A stretch of 64,000 nucleotides of DNA. Origin: Phoronis australis (Eukaryota > Animalia > Phoronida). The stretch is from the NCBI GenBank assembly GCA_002633005.1, contig NMRA01000244.1:302346-366345 (forward strand), in the 5' to 3' direction. Under the pieces are notes generated by a model. It saw only the letters and a program-made list of their open reading frames with translations. It was not told the origin of the DNA and did no database searches. The position numbers and the translations under genes are program-made. Positions 56,901-64,000 of the stretch are shown piece after piece (position 1 is the first letter of the stretch; the number at the start of each line of letters is the position of its first letter).

Positions 56901-59900
56901 ACAAACAGCTAAATGAAAATCAGGAAGTAAAATGTATTGTGGTAAAAAGTCTCCAGTTCGGGATAGCGAAAAAATAAATTATTTTGGTTCAAAATAAGAT
57001 TTTGTGGAAATTATAAATTCATTTTTGTTTAAGCATAAACAGGACCCTCGTTCATCCAAGGAGAAATGTGCCTGTGCATTCTGAGAGGGAAACATTTTGG
57101 GGTGAGGGTAAAATTCTACCTCCCAATCACCATCAATAGCACCTCAACCCTGTTGCAAGCCTTCAAAGGCTCTGCCTCAAGTAGCCAAAATTAACATTTA
57201 AGGCTCTTTTAAATTCACTGTCATCTGTGTGAGTTACAAGTGATTCGAACCTCATGGGGAATTTTTCAATCCTTTGAGGACAATTTTTAGACATCATCAG
57301 GGGAGTTTTGCATGATTTTTCAACATTTTTCAGAGGGGAAATAAAAACCGGAATTTTTCAATCCTTTGAGGAAAATTTTTGGACATCATGAGGGGAGTTT
57401 TGCATGATTTTTCAACATTTTTCAGAGGGAAATGGGGTCGAAACTTGACTCCAAAATCGAGGGATTGAGGGCCCCCATAAATAAAAACCAAACAAAGTGC
57501 GTACACAAACAAGTCACAGTTGGTACACTATGGTGATGCACAGCTACGCAATAATACCAGACTGCCGACCACCATTGGCCTAGGGTACCACTGACCACTA
57601 CTGACCTGATGTCCAGACCACCATGGCCGAGTGTCCAGTCACTTGCTCACACCACACCTTGGTTGGAGGTTGAACTAAACCAGTATAGTGGAAGACCAAC
57701 TTTGGGCCAGGTTTACATGCAGAGTACTTCTCAGTCAGAGGAATATCTAAGACAAGAGCAACGCAGAGCGATGAAATGCGCCCACGACTGTACCACAAAC
57801 GGTGTGCTTCTAGGGGTGTTTATTTGTATCATAAAAATGGCCACTAGATGGCGCAAAATTCGTTGAATCCATCCGAAAATGGTAACATGCCATCATTTTT
57901 TAATAGAAAGCTATTTATTAAATTTCATAAAAATCCCCAAGGACCTTCAAAGAAACAGGAAAACGGAAAAAATGAAATTACCACTAGGGGGCACAGCATT
58001 CGTCAGATACATCTGAAAGTCGTTGTCGTCCATTGTCAACTTCATATGAATAAATTTGCTTAATTTAATTAATCATCCTGCAGAGTGTTTAGGAGATACA
58101 GCTATGGGCGCCACTAGGAGGCACTCATCAGAAAATTGTCAGCCCTCTTTTTCACAATAGGAACATACATGCCAATTTCCACAATCATACTTAGAGTGGC
58201 TTGGTTGACAGAAACAGACTCCAAAATAATAAAGTTGGTTACTAGGTGGCGCAAAATACCTCAGATTCAACCAAAAACCACAGGATAGCGTCACTTCCCT
58301 AATACCTGCCTATTTGCTAAATTTTATGAAAATCCGTTGAGAACCTTTGAAGATACAGTGGTAAACATAAAAAACAAAAAATGCCACTAGGGGGCACACT
58401 CATAGTCTGATCAGTTCCAATGTCGTAATACTCTGCTTTCAACTTCATATAAATACACCACTAATAGATCCTGTAGAGCATTTAGGAAATACAGCCATGG
58501 GTGCAAAAACAAATGAAGCTGCCCTAAGAGGCGCCACAGTAGTCGAAGTCGTCGGAAAATCACCGGTAGTCATTGCCTTCACAGTAAGAACATATATGCC
58601 AATTTCAGTTTGATTGATAGAAGAGCGGACGCCAAAAAGCAGACTCGAAAACAGTAAAAATGGCCACTAGGTGGCGCAAAACACCTTGAATCCATCCTAA
58701 AACGAAAGGATAGTGCCATCTCACTAATATATGCGTAACTGCCAAACTTCATGAAAATCCGTAAAGGACTTCCAAAAATACAGAGGTAAGCGTAAAAAAT
58801 AAAATTGCCACTAGGGGGCACACCTGTAGTCGGAGAGGTCCGAAATTTATTGTCATTCGTTGTCAACTTCATAGGAACACGTCTGCCAAATCTCATCAAG
58901 ATCCTGTGAGGGGCTTAGGAGATACAGCTGAGGACGCCTGAAACCGGATGCCCAGACAGATGACGGCAACATGGGACCACATATAAATATGTGGACACAA
59001 AAAAGCAACAGGGAGTGTTAATATGTACCCACTGTGTACATCACAGATACAAGAGATGACCAGTATTTTAAACATTCCTATTAAATGGAATAATGCTAGC
59101 AAACTAAAAATCTGCCTCTAGTAAAAATGGTCTCCTCAATAGAAACACACCTGCCACCTTTATTCAAGAAGGATGGGGGGGGGGGCAGACAACAAAGGAC
59201 ACAAAAACAATAGAAAGGCCACTCGGGGGTGTCACACAGGTCCAATTCAGTTGAAACAGGGCCGGTACTGTTGCCTTAGTAATAGTAACTTTTAAGTTAA
59301 TTATCAAATAAATTTCATGAACATTCATCAAGGAAATTGGTAGATATCAAGACAAACATAAAGAAAAATAAAGTTGCCACTAGGCCACTCCACATTACTT
59401 TAAGCAGACCTAACATATTATTACAATTCATAACTAAAAACAGACAACATATTACAACAATTTATAACTAAAAACAGACAAACACTCAAAATTGCAGCAC
59501 AATCTTACCATCGTTATGCCCTATCCCAGAATCTCCGTCATTTCCAATCACCTTATCAACATGGCGACCAACAGGATGCTCCGTCAGTGCAATCATTTGT
59601 AGTGTCACTTTATCACCCAAACTCACGTCCATGATGCGCAGTGTGTTGACTTCGGATGGGATGACAGAACCGTACAGCTTGCCGTTCCTGAAGAGCTGGA
59701 AACCCTGCAAAATAAGAGATTAATATGGTAAACAGAGAGAGAGAAAAATCGTTGAAAATATGTCTTCAATAGACCATTTTTATTGATTTAGTTAAGACAC
59801 GCCAAGTTCTTGTCATAGAATCCATGGTTCGATCGGTTGAAAATTTCTCATTGTGGATTTTTAAAACAAAATGTTTTAGAGGACAGTATATGTGTGTGCA

Positions 59901-62900
59901 TGTGCATGTGCGTGTGCGTGTGAGCGTGCGTGCGTGCGTGTGGTCGTACGTACAATGAAACAATGTGTGTGTAAGTCCATTTCATTTTTTATATTACTTT
60001 AACTTTCACTTTTTCATAAAGAAACAAAAAATTTGACTATTTTTTAGCATTTGCTGACATCAAAGTTAAAACGAGAGGTGACTTACGGACAAAACAGCTT
60101 CTCCTAACTGTTGCGGTGTTTCCCAAGTAATGTCAATTCCCTCCATAGACATGCCCTCTATCTTGATTGACGGGGAGAGGGGCGGGGCAGCACACATGAC
60201 TGGCAGTGTATTAGATAGCTCACTGTCACACAGACAATAGTGATGGCGGGATGTGGACTCACACTTCTGACGGCCCGCAAATGACTAGAAATAGAAAACA
60301 CAAAACAACAATAATCAAGATCAGTAAGGGTAGAAACAAGACACCATAGCTACATAGGTTACTTGCAACAACGAGTTTTTATAAGCAAGGGATGAGACTG
60401 AATGGGTCGAATCGCAGAAATAATGACAATTCTTTAAAGAAGCCATAATTACTATAATTAAAAAACCAGACATTGATTACAAAGTGCATTTAACCAAGAA
60501 AACAGAACATATTCTCATGTCTACATTACTTACCCTGACATTGATGTCATATGACTGCCCCGCCTCCAAATCTGTCAGACAGTACTGATAGCCCTCCTTA
60601 TCACTCAACTGATTGGCTCTTATCTCAGCATGCCACACCCCATCGATATAAACACTAATAAAAAAACAATAATAACATCTAATAAAATTTGGGTCAAATG
60701 GGATGAGTCAAAATCTCACTTTATAGGACACAATAGGTAGAACAAGTGAACTTTTTTAATATAGTTTTCGTAACATGAGTGGGAGATATGTTGCAAACAT
60801 TTAACTCCCATCAGCACGCCATCTGTTGGCCACATCACGTGAGCTAATGAATACAAGTCCAAACAAATTCCTGCCCCCGACCGGGACTCGCACAAAATGC
60901 TTCATAATTTTTATTATGAAACGACCTTTTGAGAAACAGAAGGTGTTGACAATGTTAGAACCTTTTGAAAAGTGAAAAAAGATCATTATTTTGAAAATAT
61001 TATCTAATACTTACTTTTGCCTAGAACTGGGTGAGATTTTACAGTAAAATAGTGACAGAATTTGTAATTATAAAACAAGAGGAACGCAGAGAGTTCATAC
61101 ACACGCACACACCGTATGCATCACATACAGTGCAAATACAAGAGATATTTATATTTTAAATGTGTCCACTAAACAGAGCTGCAATGCTAGTAAACTTAAA
61201 AATAGCCTCTAGGAGGAGCAGAGCAAGTCTACAAGTCCTGAGTCAATAGGAACACTTGCCATATTTCATCATTACTCTTCAATATGTTTGAAAGAAAGGG
61301 AGGCAGACGACAAAGGACACAAAATAATAGAAAGTCCACTAGGACGTTCAACGGAGGTCAAATCCATCTGAATCCAAACCAATGCTGTTGTATATGTGAT
61401 AATAACTTATTAGCCAAATTTCATGAACATTCATCAATGAACATGGTAGATATTAAGGTAACTACAAGAAAAATAAAACAACCATTGTGTGACTCTGCTA
61501 CAGTCAGAATTGTCCTAAAATCAGTTGCACACTCAATAAAACACAAATTTCATGAAGATTCAGTAAGGAATTGTATTGAGCTTACAGAAAAATTTTAATT
61601 CATGAAATACAGCCGTGGACTCAAAAAATGCATCTAGGAGGCGCCACATTAGATGCAGAAGGTGAAATTTCACGTTAGCCATCCTCTTTCCAGTAGGAAG
61701 ACATTATATCTATTTTCATAATCATCTTTGAGTGGTATAGACGATAGAGAGGTGGAACAAACAACATATTCCAAAACAATAAAAACCACTGTGTAATGTA
61801 GAATATGTCGAATCCATCCAAAAAATAGAGGGCGCCGTTGTCTCCTCAATAGATACCTATTTGCCAAATTTCTTGAAAATCCATCACGGAGCTTTGAAGA
61901 AATAGATGCAATTGTAAAAAATTAACTTGCCACTAGGGGGCACACCGGTAACCGTTTCCATCTGAAAATTAACTAACAGCATACGATTTATGATAGGAAT
62001 ACAACTGCAAAATTTCCAGAACATCCACTTAGGGGTTTTGGACATACAAAAATGGACGCTGGACGGATAGGGATAACATTGAGTTTATATGTGTATGCAT
62101 AAAAATTAAATTTATTAAAAAATCTAAAAACAATTGCACTGGACTTGCATATCTTTTCGTTGAAATGTTTGGGAAGACGTTATTATTTTACAAGGCAGCA
62201 CTAACTGAGAAATTACCAGTAAAAGAGGACATCCTCATTTGGAGGCGGGATCTTGCGTAATGTGACCTTCTGCCAACCGATCATGACACAGCCCTTCTTG
62301 TAAGAGGGTTGAACATGAATGATCGGCGGTAAAGGTCGTTTCGGACATGTTATCTTGATTGGCAGCGACTGGTCACTGTTTCCAACTGGATGTTTGGTTA
62401 TTGTCATCAACGTAACGTTGACAGTTTTACCTGAGAACGACAAAAACAATGTCACAATAATGTCCAAAATGAAGTATTGGGTAAACCTGACCAAAAACAA
62501 ACAAACAAACACATTCCCCTTAACAACTAGCCTAGGGTGATAATATTGAGGGAGTGAAAAACAAAACATGGATACTTATTTTGAGTGAAATTTCCTTGAG
62601 GTAGGTGTTAAACTGAAGATGGGTGTTAACACAAACAGATAAAGCAAAATATCAACAGGTGAAAATGCCAGTTGAAATTGTTGCACGTTCACTAAAATAA
62701 AATTTTATTTAAGAGTAAATTATTGATGAGCATTTTTAAAATCCAAAGTTTGTGATTTTCGTGGTGAGCATAAAAATAATCGGAACATGTTCCGTAAATA
62801 ATTGAAAAGTCTATTTCAAACCTGGCTTCAAGTTGTCAATGTTCGTCTGGCGTACTATAGCTCCGAGTGTCTCTCCAGCTTTCTGCCCATCAAGCATGAC

Positions 62901-63843
62901 ATCATAGCCCGCAATGTGGATATCTTCATGACATTTACCTGGCTCCCACTCTAGGCTCACCTGAAGCATAATCAGTCAGTCAAGTAAACACCCTTGTATC
63001 ATATTTCAATACTTTCGTTACAAAAATGTTATATTGATACAACATAGCTTAGGGCAATTCTTCACGTATTTAGCGTACAATATGGCCGACAAGTGAAATT
63101 CCATTCTATAAATAGCCTCCACAGAAATGAAAATTAAGAAATTAAATTTTAGCTCATTAGTACCATGGTTTGTACTGAATGTGTAGACGTCACGAAGCAA
63201 AATTTGACATAGTTTCAATTATTTGCAGCAAGCTAATCAGTCTTGAAAAATAACGATTAAATTGGTGATTATTTTTGAGCAAAATATGTAGTGAACTACC
63301 ATAGTCAATAAACAGAAAACCAAAAACAAAATACTTGGGACGAGTTGATCCTATCACCTTCCATTCAAACAAACTTGTATAATTACAATAAAATTGAATC
63401 TATTAACTTTAGGAACGCAGGCGAAGATAAATAAGCTATTGCTAAAGGTGTGACATATCGAGATTGCCGGGTAAAAAACAGACAAAGTTATGAGAAAGAC
63501 CAATAATGTCCTAATAGGTCTTACACTAATTGCATGGTCTTAGTAGTACAAAATTTACCAATGTGCTATAACTATCTGTCTGAGACTGACAATTATTTTC
63601 TCTACTTCATTCCTTAAACTGGCAGACATCATTATTGCACTATAGCTCATTAACCAAACCATAACCAGGTAACACCTTCAGACATCATTAGTCCAGACTA
63701 CCTGATAAAGATGGGCTGACTTGGCCCAGACCTTGGGTGGATCAGGCTTGCCTAGGGTGGTGTAATACATTATGGCTGAGGAGAACTGCAGCTCACTGGA
63801 CACTTGACCAGTGTCCAGACTGTAAGTAGCCACCACATAAATC
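35944..63843 (-). CDS. Large uncharacterised fibronectin type III repeat protein with C-terminal thioredoxin-like domain (>=1900 aa; 5' end beyond right edge)
   Basis: 27 GT-AG exons joining in frame (minus): 63702-63843, 62822-62960, 62217-62430, 60534-60654, 60087-60284, 59509-59704, 57606-57746, 53903-54004, 53078-53173, 52122-52301, 50825-51759, 50158-50296, 48923-49133, 48222-48500, 47527-47815, 46520-46698, 45683-45863, 44873-45046, 44021-44146, 43074-43392, 42245-42381, 41589-41746, 40512-40721, 39520-39761, 37249-37350, 36687-36830, 35944-36293. Repeated FN3 patterns (PP..L....STSLVVSW, GYKVYING, LTGLTPGAQY); C-terminal TVLVFWTRWCLAS ... LGVYGVPTIIIIHPK. Confidence 0.85.
36420..36562. 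repeat. Long intronic palindrome/foldback
   Basis: Perfect 30-bp palindrome GCATCTGTGCAGTAGCTACTGCACAGATGC (36475-36504) with imperfect arms extending ~55 bp each side. Confidence 0.85.
40144..40216 (-). mobile_element. tRNA-derived SINE head / pseudo-tRNA
   Basis: Minus strand GTAGCTCAGTGGTATGAGCAC (A box) ... GGTTTGATTCCC (degenerate B box); acceptor stem does not pair well. Confidence 0.6.
45526..45678. repeat. 30-bp minisatellite, 5 copies, abutting an FN3-gene splice donor
   Basis: Unit CTGCCATACTGTGCTGCCATCTGTCTAACA. Confidence 0.92.
53298..53443. repeat. 11-bp tandem repeat, ~13 copies
   Basis: Unit TAATGATA(C/G)TG. Confidence 0.92.
54450..54652. mobile_element. Foldback MITE
   Basis: Arms ACTTGGGCAGGCCACTGAGGTGT / ACACCTCAGTGGCCTGCCCAAGT and inner ATACTCTTTAGCGC / GCGCTAAAGAGTAT. 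Confidence 0.75.
54757..54868. repeat. C/T-rich simple repeat (TCCCCC/TCCCTC)n
   Basis: Pure pyrimidine-rich tract; G-run rich on the transcribed minus strand. Confidence 0.9.
57251..57432. repeat. Two-copy ~90-bp tandem duplication
   Basis: GGAATTTTTCAATCCTTTGAGGA...GGGGAGTTTTGCATGATTTTTCAACATTTTTCAGAGGG twice. Confidence 0.85.
57750..59005. mobile_element. Non-autonomous rolling-circle (Helentron/HINE-like) element with internal ~140-bp degenerate tandem array
   Basis: Starts ACAAGAGCAACGCAGAG, monomers with CCACTAGGGGGC and AAATTTCAT(G)AAAATCC, GGAC/GACA-like tail, terminal hairpin CCACATAT..ATATGTGG then A-run; class assignment from recalled architecture. Confidence 0.6.
61073..62105. 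mobile_element. Second, more diverged copy of the Helentron/HINE-like family
   Basis: Starts AAACAAGAGGAACGCAGAG, same monomer motifs, GGACGCTGGACGGA tail, ends in A-run; partial further copy at ~59100-59390. Confidence 0.55.
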
Positions 63844-64000
63844 CTGTGAAAAAGAAGCAACAGTTACTGCTGGTCAATCCAGAGATGGTGGTCAATTGGT
63901 CAGTCAGTGATGGACTGAGCTGGTCATCTGTGGTTCAATTAAGTGCTTGATACAGTTCAATTTATCTCCATGTTAACTCTGTGCAAAAATAGCTAGAGCA

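Overview
Eukaryotic (invertebrate animal, probably lophotrochozoan/mollusc-like; inferred, not proven) genomic window, AT-rich, intron-rich, with one assembly gap (28758-29341). Four host genes can be reconstructed by hand from GT-AG boundaries and reading-frame continuity. (1) Host cell factor 1 (HCFC1) on the minus strand, 19 coding exons from ATG 17919 running off the left edge. (2) TMEM187, head-to-head with it, as in human Xq28. (3) A 4-exon PEX11-gamma gene whose 10.6-kb first intron is a duplicated segment filled with nested transposons. (4) A large (>=1900 aa) minus-strand protein made of a fibronectin-type-III array plus a C-terminal thioredoxin-like (WCxxS) module, entering from the right edge. 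An apparently intact 4.7-kb Sola-type DNA transposon (TIRs, 4-bp TSD, uninterrupted transposase with a Tudor/SH3-like tail) sits in an HCFC1 intron. Other highlights: YY1 and ZNF143-like motifs at the HCFC1 start, a repeat family carrying co-oriented CTCF-like motifs, hAT-like elements with 5-bp TSDs, a Kolobok deletion derivative with a THAP remnant, and recurrent tandem duplications across splice sites. All family assignments are from recalled motifs, not database searches.
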